A DNA stretch of 63,948 nucleotides, the filler included, from Sandaracinaceae bacterium (GTDB lineage: Bacteria; Myxococcota_A; Polyangia; Polyangiales; JADJQN01): assembly GCA_947483975.1 (NCBI GenBank). It is 7 parts of 7 records of this genome, joined end to end, with 100 filler letters (N's around TTAATTAATTAA, not from the genome) between each part and the next. Parts side by side here need not be neighbours in the genome. Positions count along the whole stretch, not along the records: positions 48,074 to 57,467 come from CANKOL010000205.1; positions 57,568 to 63,948 come from CANKOL010000301.1; 5 more parts are not named here. One strand, written 5' to 3'. A program made the position numbers and the translations under genes. Within the stretch, counting starts at the first letter, position 1, and every line of letters starts with the position of its first letter. Positions 49,826-60,216 of this stretch are shown one piece after another. The notes under the pieces were generated by a model. The model did no database searches and was not told the DNA's origin. It saw nothing but the letters and a program-made list of their open reading frames with translations.

Positions 49826-50251
49826 ATGCTCGACATGCTCGACGAGGCCGCGCTGGCAGGCCACCTGAGTGCGCTCGGATGGAAGGCGGAGCCGCACGGC
49901 GACCGCACGTGGCGCTGCGCGCACGACACACCGGAGGGCGATCTCCACGTCTTCGTGCGCCTCACGGACAACTGGGTGATCGCGTCGATCGTGCCGTTTC
50001 TGCAGACGCGCGGGGGCAATTCCTTCGAGCTCTGTCGGTGGTTGCTCCGACAGAATCGCGATCTGTTCCAGGCAAAGTTCAGCATCGACGACGACGGCGA
50101 CATCGTGCTCTCGGTGGAGCTGCCGACCGAATCGCTCGATTTTTCGGAACTGCGCGCGGCGCTCGAGGCGCTGGTGCGGCACGGGGCAAAACTTCGGGGC
50201 GTGCTGAGAGCGGCATCCGAGGCGGCGCGTGCTAGAGGGACGTCGACGTGA
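49826..50251 (+). CDS. YbjN/CesT-like domain protein
   Basis: WLLRQNRDLFQAKFSIDDDGDIVLSVELPTESLDFSEL. Confidence 0.75.
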   Translation: MLDMLDEAALAGHLSALGWKAEPHGDRTWRCAHDTPEGDLHVFVRLTDNWVIASIVPFLQTRGGNSFELCRWLLRQNRDLFQAKFSIDDDGDIVLSVELPTESLDFSELRAALEALVRHGAKLRGVLRAASEAARARGTST

Positions 50252-50775
50252 GGATCGAAGCCGACTCCATCGTGCCGTTCGTCCGGCCCCGAACGTACGC
50301 CGCCTATCGCGACGAGATGTCGCAATTCGTGCGGTATTTGCCCAACATTCAGGGAATCGACGTCGAGGAGCGCAGCGAGGCGGACGGCGTCGTGCGCCTG
50401 CGCAACGTCTGGCACGGCGGCGGCGAGATCCCGCTCGCGCTCCGGGGCATCGTCAAGGGCGACATGCTCTCGTGGACCGATCACGCGACGTGGCTCTCGA
50501 GCGACTGGCTCTGCGAGTGGCGCATCGAGACGCACGCGCTCAGCGAGGCGGTGCGCTGCGAGGGGAGCACGCGCTTCGTCGAGCTTCCCGGAGATCGCAC
50601 GCGCCTCGAGATCCGCGGTGAGCTCTCGATCGACCTCGGTAGGCTGCGGGCGGTCCCGACGTTCCTCGCGGGCTCGCTCGGGCGCAAGGTCGAGCAGTTC
50701 CTCGTGCGGCAGATCACGCCGAACCTGACCGGCGTGAGCGACGCGCTGACCAAGCACCTGCTCGCGAACGGCTGA
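50248..50775 (+). CDS. START/SRPBCC-fold-like protein (DUF2505-like)
   Basis: Helix-grip-like pattern; GTGA overlap with the previous gene. Confidence 0.6.
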   Translation: MRIEADSIVPFVRPRTYAAYRDEMSQFVRYLPNIQGIDVEERSEADGVVRLRNVWHGGGEIPLALRGIVKGDMLSWTDHATWLSSDWLCEWRIETHALSEAVRCEGSTRFVELPGDRTRLEIRGELSIDLGRLRAVPTFLAGSLGRKVEQFLVRQITPNLTGVSDALTKHLLANG

Positions 50776-50820
50776 GGCGCGACGAGCGCTCCGCGCGTAT
50801 ACTGCTGTCCCGGGGGGCGT

Positions 50821-51456
50821 ATGACGGTCGGAGGGCGAGAGTTCGTCGAGGGGGGCGCGTCACCGAGCGTCGACGCGGGGGCGCGGGTGTCCGCCTCGCT
50901 ACCGCTCGGCTACCGCGCGACGTTGGTCGAGCGCGGAAGCTGGGAGCTCGTGAGCGCCGTGCTCGAGGCGCGCGACCCGCACACGGCCGCGCGGCTCGAC
51001 GACCTGCGCAGCACCGAGTGGGTCTCGCTCCGCGTGCATGTGTCGCTGGTCGACGCGGCGGGCGCGGCGCTCGGGCTCGAGGCCGTGCGCGAGCTGGGCT
51101 TCGCGCGGACGCAGGCGAACACGATGGGCGGCTTGTTCCCGAGCCTGCTGCGCAGCTGGGTGCGCTCGTTTCGCAGCAACCCCGCGAGCCTCTTCGGCAT
51201 CGGCCCGCAGATCTGGCAAGTCGGGTTCCGCGACGCGGGCGAGCTGCTCCTCCGCGACCAACACGCGGACCGCGCGCGCGTGCAGATCGTGGACTGCAGG
51301 CTGCTCGCGGGCTCGCCCGCGTGGCAGCAAGCGATCGAGGGCGCCGCCGCCGGGATCTTGCGGCTCGCGGGGCTGGAGGAGCGCGTCACCTCGCGCTCCG
51401 ACGGCGTGAGCACGACGGATTTCTGGGCCGAGTGGGGCACGCCGAGCGACGGCTGA
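50821..51456 (+). CDS. Myxobacterial DUF2378-like hypothetical protein
   Basis: EWVSL..H, PQIWQ..FRDAGEL and terminal W pattern. Confidence 0.5.
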   Translation: MTVGGREFVEGGASPSVDAGARVSASLPLGYRATLVERGSWELVSAVLEARDPHTAARLDDLRSTEWVSLRVHVSLVDAAGAALGLEAVRELGFARTQANTMGGLFPSLLRSWVRSFRSNPASLFGIGPQIWQVGFRDAGELLLRDQHADRARVQIVDCRLLAGSPAWQQAIEGAAAGILRLAGLEERVTSRSDGVSTTDFWAEWGTPSDG

Positions 51457-51501
51457 GCGCCGCCGGTTGAACCCGAGTCGACAGTCCCGCATGGTCCGCG
51501 C

Positions 51502-52626
51502 GTGACGAACGAAAGCGAAGCGGACAAGCGCACGGGCTGGACGAAGCGCGCGGTGCGCCCGGTGGACGAAGCGCTGCCGCTCGTGCGCGATGGGCTCGAC
51601 GACGACGAGCCGCGCGGGGGCGGCTCCGGTGCGTGGGGCGGACCGAACGCGGGGCGCGCGCCGCACTCGAACCAGTTCGATGACGCGACGATCGCTCGAC
51701 ACGCCGAGATGCTGGCGAATCGCGTGAAGAAGACGCAGCGCAAGCTCGGCGCCCGCATGGACCGCGAGGCGCTCGGCGCGTACCGCCTCTACGACCGCGA
51801 CATCCCCGAGGTGCGCGCCGTCGTCGACTGGTTCGAGGGGCACGTCGTGGTCATGGAGTACGAGCGCGAACAGACCGGCGCAGACTATCTGCCGGAGCTC
51901 GCGCGGGTGCTCGGCGTCGCGCTCGGGCTCCCCGAGACGCACGTGCACGCGAGGCGCCGACAGGCGCGCGCCGCAGGGCGCGAGCGCAACGCGCGACCGG
52001 GCGCGCAGACGACGCGGCTCGTCGTGCGCGAGCGCGCGGCGCGCTTCGCCGTGCGGCTGAGCACCGACGCCGACACCGGGCTCTTCCCGCATCTGCGCGG
52101 CTTGCGCGCCCTCGTCGCGGCGGAGAGCGCCGGCCGGCGCGTCCTCGATCTGTTCGCGTACACGGGCACGTTCAGCGTCGCCGCGGCGCTCGGTGGAGCC
52201 GCCGAGACGACCGCCGTCGACCCGTCGCAGCTGCACCTCGACTGGGCTGGCGAGAACCTCGCGCTCAACGGCCTCGACGCGACGAAGCATCCGCTGCTCC
52301 GCGACGACCCTCGCGCCTTCCTCGGCGACGCCGCCGACGCCGTCGAGCGCTGGGACCTCGCCGTGCTCGACACCTCCAGCTTCAGCGTGCGCCTCGGCCC
52401 CGACGGCGAGCCGCTCGACGTGCTCCGCGACCACCGCGCGCTCCTCGCGGACACGCTCGCCGTGCTCGAGCCGGGCGGCGTGCTCTGGTTCATCACGACG
52501 CATCAGCGCTTCGTCCCGGACCTCGACGGGCTGCGCGCGCATCAGGTGCAAGAGCGCACGGCGGACACGGTCCCCGACGACTACCGCAATCGCGACGTTC
52601 ATCGCGCGTGGCGCCTCGTGAAGTGA
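51502..52626 (+). CDS. SAM-dependent methyltransferase, RlmK/RlmI-like stand-alone domain
   Basis: YRLYDRDIPE, DTGLF, RVLDLFAYTGTFSV.AA.GGA, LDWAGENLALNG. Confidence 0.88.
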   Translation: MTNESEADKRTGWTKRAVRPVDEALPLVRDGLDDDEPRGGGSGAWGGPNAGRAPHSNQFDDATIARHAEMLANRVKKTQRKLGARMDREALGAYRLYDRDIPEVRAVVDWFEGHVVVMEYEREQTGADYLPELARVLGVALGLPETHVHARRRQARAAGRERNARPGAQTTRLVVRERAARFAVRLSTDADTGLFPHLRGLRALVAAESAGRRVLDLFAYTGTFSVAAALGGAAETTAVDPSQLHLDWAGENLALNGLDATKHPLLRDDPRAFLGDAADAVERWDLAVLDTSSFSVRLGPDGEPLDVLRDHRALLADTLAVLEPGGVLWFITTHQRFVPDLDGLRAHQVQERTADTVPDDYRNRDVHRAWRLVK

Positions 52627-52670
52627 CCTCGCTGGCAGATCGCAAATCGCGGTCCTAGAGTCGGCGCCTG

Positions 52671-54311
52671 ATGCGCATCGTCACGGACTATCTGGTGCTC
52701 GGGAGCGGGATCGCTGGCCTCACCTTCGCGCTCGAGGCGGCGGCGCACGGCGAGGTCACGATCGTCACCAAGCGCAGCGTCAGCGAGGCGGCGACGACCT
52801 ACGCGCAGGGTGGCATCGCCGCGGTGCTCGACCCGCTCGACTCCTTCGACGCGCACGTCGCCGACACGCTGACGACGGGCGGCGGCATCTCGCACCGCGC
52901 CGTGGTCGAGCGCGTCGTCCGGGACGCCCCGGCGCGCATCGCAGAGCTGCTCGCGCGCGGCGTGCCCTTCGACGAGGCGCACGACGAGCCCGACGTCGAA
53001 GAGCGCGCGAGCGCCTCCGCGACGGCGCGCCTCGACCTCACGCGCGAGGGCGGGCACAGCGCGCGCCGCGTCGCGCACGCGGGCGACATCACGGGGCGCG
53101 AGGTCGAGCGGGCCCTCGTCGCCGCCGTCCGCGCGAACCCGCGCATCACGGTCGTCGAGGAGTCGATGGGCGTCGACCTCGTCGAGCTCTCGCGCCTCGG
53201 CGGGCAGCGCGCGGTCGCGGGCGCGTACGTGCTCGACGTGAAGACGGGCGTCGTCAACACGTACATCGCGCGGGCGACGATCCTCGCGACCGGCGGCGCG
53301 GGCAAGGTCTACCTCTACACCTCGAACCCCGACATCGCCTCGGGCGACGGCATCGCGATGGCTTATCGCGCTGGCGCGCAAATCGCGAACATGGAGTTCT
53401 TCCAGTTTCACCCGACCGTCCTCTATCACCCCGCCGCCAAGAGCTTCCTGATCAGCGAGGCGCTCCGCGGCGAGGGCGGCGTGCTCCGCCTCGCGGACGG
53501 CACCGCGTTCATGGAGAGCCACCACCCGCTCAAGGACCTCGCGCCGCGCGACGTCGTGGCGCGCGCGATCGACTTCGAGATGAAGCGCACCGGCGACGAC
53601 TGCGTGTACCTCGACATGAGCGCGTGCACGCCGGAGTACCTGCGCGAGCGCTTCCCGAACATCGGCGCGGAGTGTCTGAAATTCGGCATCGACATGACGA
53701 CGCAGTCGATCCCCGTGGTCCCCGCCGCGCACTACACCTGCGGCGGCGTCGTCGTCGACGCGGACGGGCGCAGCACGCTCCCCGGGCTCTGGGCGATCGG
53801 CGAGGTCACCTGCTCGGGCTTGCACGGCGCGAACCGCCTCGCGTCGAACTCGCTGCTCGAGGGGCTCGTCTACGGGCACGCAGCCGCCGTCGCGCTCGGC
53901 AAGAAGAGCTACGACGGCCCCCTCGCCGACCCGCTCGAGTGGGACCCGGGCAGCGCCGCGCCGAGCGACGAGGCGGTGCTCGTCACGCAGAACTGGGACG
54001 AGATCCGCCGCTTCATGTGGAACTACGTCGGCATCGTGCGGAGCGAGAAGCGCCTGCGCCGCGCCTCCCGCCGCATCGCGATGCTGCAAGAGGAGATCCG
54101 CGCGTACTACTGGAAGCACCTCGTCACGCGCGATCTGCTCGAGCTGCGGAACCTCGCCGACGTCGCCGAGATGATCGTCGTCTCCGCGTCGTATCGCAAA
54201 GAGAGCCGCGGGCTGCACTACACGATCGATCACCCGAACACCGACCCCGCGTGGCAGGGCGACACGGTGCTCGTCCGCGGGGAAGCGCCGCGCCTCGTGC
54301 GGCACGACTGA
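52671..54311 (+). CDS. nadB: L-aspartate oxidase
   Basis: GSGIAGL, YAQGGIAA, EGGHSARR, QFHPT, SEALRGEG, HYTCGG, HGANRLASNSLLE. Confidence 0.97.
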   Translation: MRIVTDYLVLGSGIAGLTFALEAAAHGEVTIVTKRSVSEAATTYAQGGIAAVLDPLDSFDAHVADTLTTGGGISHRAVVERVVRDAPARIAELLARGVPFDEAHDEPDVEERASASATARLDLTREGGHSARRVAHAGDITGREVERALVAAVRANPRITVVEESMGVDLVELSRLGGQRAVAGAYVLDVKTGVVNTYIARATILATGGAGKVYLYTSNPDIASGDGIAMAYRAGAQIANMEFFQFHPTVLYHPAAKSFLISEALRGEGGVLRLADGTAFMESHHPLKDLAPRDVVARAIDFEMKRTGDDCVYLDMSACTPEYLRERFPNIGAECLKFGIDMTTQSIPVVPAAHYTCGGVVVDADGRSTLPGLWAIGEVTCSGLHGANRLASNSLLEGLVYGHAAAVALGKKSYDGPLADPLEWDPGSAAPSDEAVLVTQNWDEIRRFMWNYVGIVRSEKRLRRASRRIAMLQEEIRAYYWKHLVTRDLLELRNLADVAEMIVVSASYRKESRGLHYTIDHPNTDPAWQGDTVLVRGEAPRLVRHD

Positions 54312-54389
54312 CGCGCGCCCCGCGCTGGGAATGTCGCGCACGTTTTGGCGCGTTCGAGCGCTGGACGATACGATCGTCGCAGAAGCTCC

Positions 54390-55058
54390 ATGCGCGCTCG
54401 CCTCACGCCCCTCGTCGCCTCGTCGCTGCTCGCGCTCACCGTGGTGCTCGGCGCCGCCCTGAGCCCCACAGGCGCGCGCGCGGACATCTATCAGTGGGTC
54501 GATGCGGACGGCGTCACCCACTACACGAACGTCCGACCGCGCGGCGTGCGCAACCTGCGCGTCGTCGTCACGGGCGGCCACGACGGGCCCGACCGCAGCA
54601 GCGCGGGCGTCGACCGCGTGCCGGCGCGCGATCACTCGCCGGACCGCTACTCCCGCTTCGACGAGCACATCCGCGAAGCCGCGCGCCTCTATCAGCTGCC
54701 GGAGGCGTTCATCCGCGCCGTGATGCGCGTCGAGAGCGACTTCGATCCGAACGTCGTCTCGCGCGTCGGCGCGATGGGGCTGATGCAGCTGATGCCCGGC
54801 ACGGCGGCGGGCATGGGCGTGCGCGATCCCTTCGACGCGCGCGAGAACATCCTCGGCGGCGTGCGCTACCTGCGCGTGCTCGCGAACGGCTTCAACGGCG
54901 ACCTCGTCCTGACGATCGCGGCGTACAACGCCGGCGAGGGCGCGGTCATCCGCTACGGCGGCGTGCCGCCCTACGACGAGACGCGCCGCTACGTGCAGAA
55001 CGTGCTCCGCTACTACTACGCGTTCCGCGCGGCGGAAGCGGCCGGCCCGCCGGGCTGA
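54390..55058 (+). CDS. Lytic transglycosylase (SLT) with N-terminal DUF4124
   Basis: IYQWVDADGVTHYTN; VESDF, GAMGLMQLMP, AAYNAG. Confidence 0.95.
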   Translation: MRARLTPLVASSLLALTVVLGAALSPTGARADIYQWVDADGVTHYTNVRPRGVRNLRVVVTGGHDGPDRSSAGVDRVPARDHSPDRYSRFDEHIREAARLYQLPEAFIRAVMRVESDFDPNVVSRVGAMGLMQLMPGTAAGMGVRDPFDARENILGGVRYLRVLANGFNGDLVLTIAAYNAGEGAVIRYGGVPPYDETRRYVQNVLRYYYAFRAAEAAGPPG

Positions 55059-55070
55059 GCGCCCGCGCGT

Positions 55071-56831
55071 ATGTCCTCGAGCCTCCCGCCCGCGCAGCTC
55101 CCGCCGATACCCGAGGTCGGGCTGATCTCCTACGTGCCCGGGCTCTGGGTGCTGCGGCACTATCGGCGGGCGTGGCTGGCGCGCGATCTCGGCGCGGGCG
55201 TCGTGCTCTCGGCGCTGCTCGTCCCCGCCGGGATGGGCTACGCCGAGGCCGCCGGGCTGCCCGCGATCAACGGCCTCTACGCGACGATCGCTGGGCTGTT
55301 CGCGTACGCGCTCTTCGGCCCGTCGCGCATCCTCGTGCTCGGCCCGGACTCCGCGCTCGCCGCGATGATCGCCGCCGCCGTCGTCACGAAGGCGGCCGGC
55401 GATCCCGCGCGCGCCATCGCCCTCGCGTCCGTGCTCGCGCTCTTCACCGGCGGGCTCTGCGTCGTCGGCGGGCTCGCCAAGCTCGGCTTCATCACGGACC
55501 TCCTCTCGAAGCCCGTGCGCGTCGGCTACCTCAACGGCATCGCGCTGACCGTCGTCGTCACGCAGCTGCCGAAGCTCTTCGGCTTCTCGGTCACCGCCGC
55601 GGACCTCACGCACGGCAGCGTGGCCTTCGCGCACGGCGTGCTCGACGGACAGACGAAGCCGGTCGCGCTCGCGCTCGGCACCATCTGCGTCGCGGTCATC
55701 GTGCTCGGCCGCGCGCTCGCGCCGCGCGCGCCGAGCGTGCTCCTCGCGGTCGTGCTCGCGACGGGCGCCGTCACCTGGCTCGGCCTCGAGACGCAGCTGA
55801 AGGTCGTCGGCGTCGTGCCGCGTGGCCTCCCGCTCCCCGCGCTGCCGCTCGTGCGCTTCTCGGAGCTCGGCGAGCTCTTCGTCGCGGCGGCGGGCATCGC
55901 GCTCGTGTCCTTCGCCGACACCAGCGTGCTCTCGCGCACCTTCGCGGCGCGCGCCCGACAGCGCGTCGATCCGAACCGAGAGCTCGTCGGGCTCGGCCTC
56001 GCCAACCTCGCCGCCGGGCTGTTCCGCGGCTTCCCGACGAGCAGCAGCTCCTCGCGCACGCCCGTCGCAGAGGCGGCCGGCGCGCGCACGCAGCTGACCG
56101 GCGTCTTCGGCGCGCTCGTCATCGCCGGGCTGCTCGTCGCGGCGCCGGGGCTGCTCCGCAACCTGCCGCTGACGGCGCTCGCGGCCATCGTGATCACGGC
56201 GGCGGCCAAGATGTTCGACTTCGGGGCGTTGCGCGTCTTTTTCCGAGTTCGCCGGTCTGACTTTCTTCTCTCGCTCGTCGCGTTCTTCGCGGTCGCCGGG
56301 TTCGGCGTCCTCAACGGGATCGGCATCGCGGTCGGCGTCTCGCTGCTCGACGTCGTGCGCCGCGCCTGGCGCCCGCACGACGCCGTGCTCGGGCGCGCGC
56401 GCGGCGTGAAGGGCTACCACGACGTCCACCGCTATCCGCACGCGCAGCAGGTCCCGGGGCTGTTGCTCTTTCGCTGGGACGCGCCGCTCTTCTTCGCCAA
56501 CGCGGACACCTTCCGCGAGCGGATCCTTCACGCGATCGAGGGTGCGACCGCTCCCGTGAAGTGGGTCGTGGTCGCCGCCGAGCCGATCACCGACGTCGAC
56601 ACGACCGCCGCGGAGATGCTCGAGGAGCTCGACGCGGAGCTCTCGGCGCGCGGCGTCGAGCTCGCGTTCGCGGAGCTGAAGGACCCGGTCAAGGACCGCC
56701 TGCAGCGCTACGGGCTCGCCAAGCGCATCGGGCGCGACTTCTTCTTCCCGACGGTGGGCGTCGCGGTGAAGGCGTTTCTCCAGCACCACGACGTGAAGTG
56801 GACCGACTGGGAAGAGACCTCCGCAGACTGA
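55071..56831 (+). CDS. SulP/SLC26 anion transporter with STAS domain
   Basis: VPAGMGYA..AGLP...GLYA, SSSRT, APLFFANA, DVDTTA. Confidence 0.95.
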   Translation: MSSSLPPAQLPPIPEVGLISYVPGLWVLRHYRRAWLARDLGAGVVLSALLVPAGMGYAEAAGLPAINGLYATIAGLFAYALFGPSRILVLGPDSALAAMIAAAVVTKAAGDPARAIALASVLALFTGGLCVVGGLAKLGFITDLLSKPVRVGYLNGIALTVVVTQLPKLFGFSVTAADLTHGSVAFAHGVLDGQTKPVALALGTICVAVIVLGRALAPRAPSVLLAVVLATGAVTWLGLETQLKVVGVVPRGLPLPALPLVRFSELGELFVAAAGIALVSFADTSVLSRTFAARARQRVDPNRELVGLGLANLAAGLFRGFPTSSSSSRTPVAEAAGARTQLTGVFGALVIAGLLVAAPGLLRNLPLTALAAIVITAAAKMFDFGALRVFFRVRRSDFLLSLVAFFAVAGFGVLNGIGIAVGVSLLDVVRRAWRPHDAVLGRARGVKGYHDVHRYPHAQQVPGLLLFRWDAPLFFANADTFRERILHAIEGATAPVKWVVVAAEPITDVDTTAAEMLEELDAELSARGVELAFAELKDPVKDRLQRYGLAKRIGRDFFFPTVGVAVKAFLQHHDVKWTDWEETSAD

Positions 56832-56849
56832 GGCGCCGCGCGCCCTCGG

Positions 56850-57467
56850 TCATTGGCTGACGAAGACGATCACGTCCGCCGAGAGCCCCGCGCGCAGCAG
56901 CGCATCGGTCGGAGGGTCCGTCCAGCGAACGCGCACGGGCACGCGCTGCACGACCTTCACGAAGTTCCCGGACGCGTTGTCGGGCGGCAACATCGAGAAG
57001 CGCGCCCCCGTCCCGCCCGAGAGGCTCTGCACCGCGCCCCGAAACACCTGCCCAGGGAAGGCGTCGATGCGGATCTCGGCGCGGTCCCCCGCGCGCATCC
57101 GACCGACCTGCGTCTCCTTGAAATTCGCGACGACGTACGTCGCGAGCGGCACGAGCATCGCGATCGCTTGCCCGGGCTGGAGCAGCTGCCCTTCGCGCAC
57201 GCCGAGGCGCGAGATCACTCCGTCGCGCGGCGCCCTCACGGTCGTGTACGAGAGCTGCAGCTGCGCGAGCGTCAGCGCCGCCGCGGAGCTGCGGACGCGC
57301 GCGTTCGCGAGATCGGCCCGCGCGCGGGCCTGCGCGAGGAGGATGTCGACTGGCGCGCTCTGCTCGAGGCGCCCCTGCGCCTGGCCGATCTGGCTCGTCG
57401 CGGCCGCCCGCATCGCCATCGCGGTCGAGAGCTGCGCCTCGGCCTGCGCGACGGCCGCCTGCGCTGC
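56850..57467 (-). CDS. HlyD/EmrA-family membrane fusion protein (5' partial)
   Basis: YTTVRAP.DG, ANFKETQ, FSMLPPDNASGNFVKVVQRVPVR. Confidence 0.95.
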   Translation of the reverse strand, partial: AAQAAVAQAEAQLSTAMAMRAAATSQIGQAQGRLEQSAPVDILLAQARARADLANARVRSSAAALTLAQLQLSYTTVRAPRDGVISRLGVREGQLLQPGQAIAMLVPLATYVVANFKETQVGRMRAGDRAEIRIDAFPGQVFRGAVQSLSGGTGARFSMLPPDNASGNFVKVVQRVPVRVRWTDPPTDALLRAGLSADVIVFVSQ

Positions 57468-57567
57468 NNNNNNNNNNNNNNNNNNNNNNNNNNNNNNNNN
57501 NNNNNNNNNNNTTAATTAATTAANNNNNNNNNNNNNNNNNNNNNNNNNNNNNNNNNNNNNNNNNNNN

Positions 57568-58832
57568 CGCGCAAGGAGCCCCGCGATGCGGCGCAGGCCG
57601 TCGAGCGCGCGGCCGAGGGCGCGGCGCTCTCCATCGAGCAGCGCGGCGCGGTGACGGCCTCGCTGCGCAGCGGCCTCGTCGTGCTGACCGGCGGGCCCGG
57701 CACCGGCAAGACGACGACCGTGCGCACCCTCGTGAAGGCCCACGAATTGCTCGGGCATCGCGTGCTGCTCGCCGCACCGACCGGGCGCGCCGCCAAGCGC
57801 CTCAGCGAGGCGACGGGCCGCGAGGCGCGCACGCTCCATCGGCTGCTCGAGTGGAGCCCCCAAGAGTCTTCCTTCGCGCGTGACGCCGACTCGCCGCTCG
57901 ACGCGGAGCTCATCCTCGTCGACGAGGCGTCGATGCTCGACCTGCAGCTCGCCGACAGCCTGCTCGACGCCGTACCGCCGCGCGGCACGCTCGTGCTGGT
58001 CGGCGACGTCGATCAGCTGCCTCCCGTCGGCGCGGGGCAGGCGCTGCGCGAGCTGCTCGGGAGCGGCGTCGCGCAGGTCGTGCGCCTGACCGAGGTGTTC
58101 CGGCAGGCGCAGCGCTCGCGCATCATCGCCGGCGCGCACGAGGTCCTTCACGGGCGTCCGCCGACGCCGAGCGCCGCAGGGGAGCGCGGCGACGGCGAGC
58201 TCTTCATCGTCCGCGCGCGGGAGCCCGAGGTGATCGCCGAGAAGCTCGTCGAGGTGCTGCGGCGGATGCAGTCGTCGTACGGGCTCGACCCCGTGCGCGA
58301 GGTGCAGGTGCTCGTGCCGATGAGGCGCGGTCCCGTCGGCACCGAGCGCTTGAACGAGCTGCTGCAGGACGCGCTCAACCCCATGCCGGGCGCGCGTCCG
58401 GGCGCGTTTCGCGAGCGCGACAAGGTGATGCAGCTCCGCAACGACTACGAGCGCGACGTGTTCAACGGCGACCTCGGCGAGGTGCGCCGCATCGCGGGCG
58501 GCACCACCTGGGTGAGCATCGACGGGCGTGACGTCGCGTACACCCCTGAAAACCTCGAGGATCTGACGCTCGCCTACGCCTGCACGATCCACAAGTCGCA
58601 AGGCAGCGAGTTCCCCGCGGTCGTCGTCGTGCTCACGTCGGCGCACCACGTCCTGCTCGATCGGGCGCTCCTCTATACGGCGATCACGCGCGCCAAGACG
58701 CTCGCCGTCCTCATCGGCGAGGACCGCGCGATCGCGCGCGCCGCCGCGCACTCCGAGTCGACGCACGCCCGGAGTCGTCTCGCCGAGCGCATTCGCCGCG
58801 CGGCGATGCAGGTCGCGATGGCGCAGCGCTGA
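57568..58832 (+). CDS. recD2: ATP-dependent RecD2-like helicase (5' partial)
   Basis: GGPGTGKTT, APTGRAAKRL, VDEASM, GDVDQLP, YACTIHKSQGSEF, LLYTAITRA. Confidence 0.95.
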
Positions 58833-58961
58833 CGTCGGGCGGACGAGCTTCGAGGTGCTCAGGGCGTGGTGCGGCCGAGCGGTCCGCGTCGTGCCCCCGG
58901 ACGGGTGAGCGGCGCCGTGCGGCCACTGCAGCGGTCTCGAGGCGCGTGCGATAGTCACGGG

Positions 58962-60182
58962 ATGTCGCGCTGCGCCGGGGTCGCTCTGCTGCTGTCCATG
59001 CTGCTCGCCGCGTGCGGCGCCAAGACGGGCCTCGACGGTCCGCCTCCGTGCGCGCGCGCCGAAGACTGCCCGGAGGTCGCTGGCTACTGTGGCGCGGTGC
59101 CGGAGTGCGTCGCGGGCGCGTGCGCCGCCGGCGAGGTGCGCGTCTGCGTCGACGACACCCTGTGTACGATCGACGCCTGCGACGACGCTCTGCGGATGTG
59201 CACGGCCGTCGTGCGCGACCGCGACGGGGACGGGGCGCTCGACGGTTCCTGCGGCGGCGGCGACTGCGACGACGGCGATCCGCTCGTCTATCCGGGGCAC
59301 GCCGAGGTCTGCGGCAACGGGAAGGACGATGACTGCGACGGACGCAGCGACTGCTCGGACGGCGACTGCCTCGCGGAGGCGCGCTGCGCTCTCTGCGCGC
59401 CGGAAGACTGCGGCAGCGGCAGCGACGAGGACTGTGATGGCGCGGTCGACTGCGCCGACGACGACTGCGTCGGGGACCCGCGCTGCTGTCGCCCGACGGA
59501 AGAGTCGTGCGACGACGCGAGCGACGAGGACTGTGACGGAACCGCCGACTGCCTCGACAGCGACTGTCGGTTCGCGCCGACGTGCTGCGCCCCGCAGCCC
59601 GAGACCTGCAACGGCGTCGACGACGACTGCGACGGAGTCGTGGACGACGGCGCGACGTGCTTCTTCGCCGACGGCGTGCCCCTCGCGCCGCTCGTCCTGC
59701 GCGAGTGCCCGAGCGCTTGGTACTCCTACGGCGACCCGGCGCACTCGAGCGCCAACCCGGACCCGGACGTGCGCCTGAGCGGGTCAGTCGTCGTCACCGT
59801 GGTGAGCGGTCCCGCGGCGTGCGGTGGGGCGGCGATCGCAGTGATCGCGGATCAGACCAGCGACGGCTCCGGCGGCGAGCTGACCGGGACGTTCGCGCTC
59901 GATCCGTCTGGCGTGCGCGGCGTGCTCGTGAGCGACGATGGGGGCGAGTGCAGATACGACGCAGGGCGCGGCACCGGCAGCTGCGCCTGGCGCTGGCAGC
60001 CGTGCTGCACGGACGGCGTGCTCCTCGGCAGCTTCCCCGGCGACTTCTGCGCGACGGTCACGCTCTCGGCGCCCGTCGGCGTCGCGAGCGTCGCGGTGCG
60101 GGACGGCAGCGGCGCGCTGCGCCCCGCGAGCTTCGGGCGTCCCATCGAGGTCTGCGCGCGCACGGCGCCGGCCGTGCCCTAG
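58962..60182 (+). CDS. Cys/Asp-rich repeat lipoprotein (putative metal-binding motifs)
   Basis: Lipobox LAA-C; DCDDGDPLVYPGHAEVCGNGKDDDCDG and further E.C...D(D/E)DCDG repeats. Confidence 0.85.
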   Translation: MSRCAGVALLLSMLLAACGAKTGLDGPPPCARAEDCPEVAGYCGAVPECVAGACAAGEVRVCVDDTLCTIDACDDALRMCTAVVRDRDGDGALDGSCGGGDCDDGDPLVYPGHAEVCGNGKDDDCDGRSDCSDGDCLAEARCALCAPEDCGSGSDEDCDGAVDCADDDCVGDPRCCRPTEESCDDASDEDCDGTADCLDSDCRFAPTCCAPQPETCNGVDDDCDGVVDDGATCFFADGVPLAPLVLRECPSAWYSYGDPAHSSANPDPDVRLSGSVVVTVVSGPAACGGAAIAVIADQTSDGSGGELTGTFALDPSGVRGVLVSDDGGECRYDAGRGTGSCAWRWQPCCTDGVLLGSFPGDFCATVTLSAPVGVASVAVRDGSGALRPASFGRPIEVCARTAPAVP

Positions 60183-60216
60183 CGCGGTCCCAGCGAAGCT
60201 CCGCGGCGCGCGGCGG

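Noticed and set aside
49798..49830. TTGACA...TATGCT promoter before the YbjN-like gene
   Set aside because: The spacing is 21 bp and the -10 candidate overlaps the start codon.
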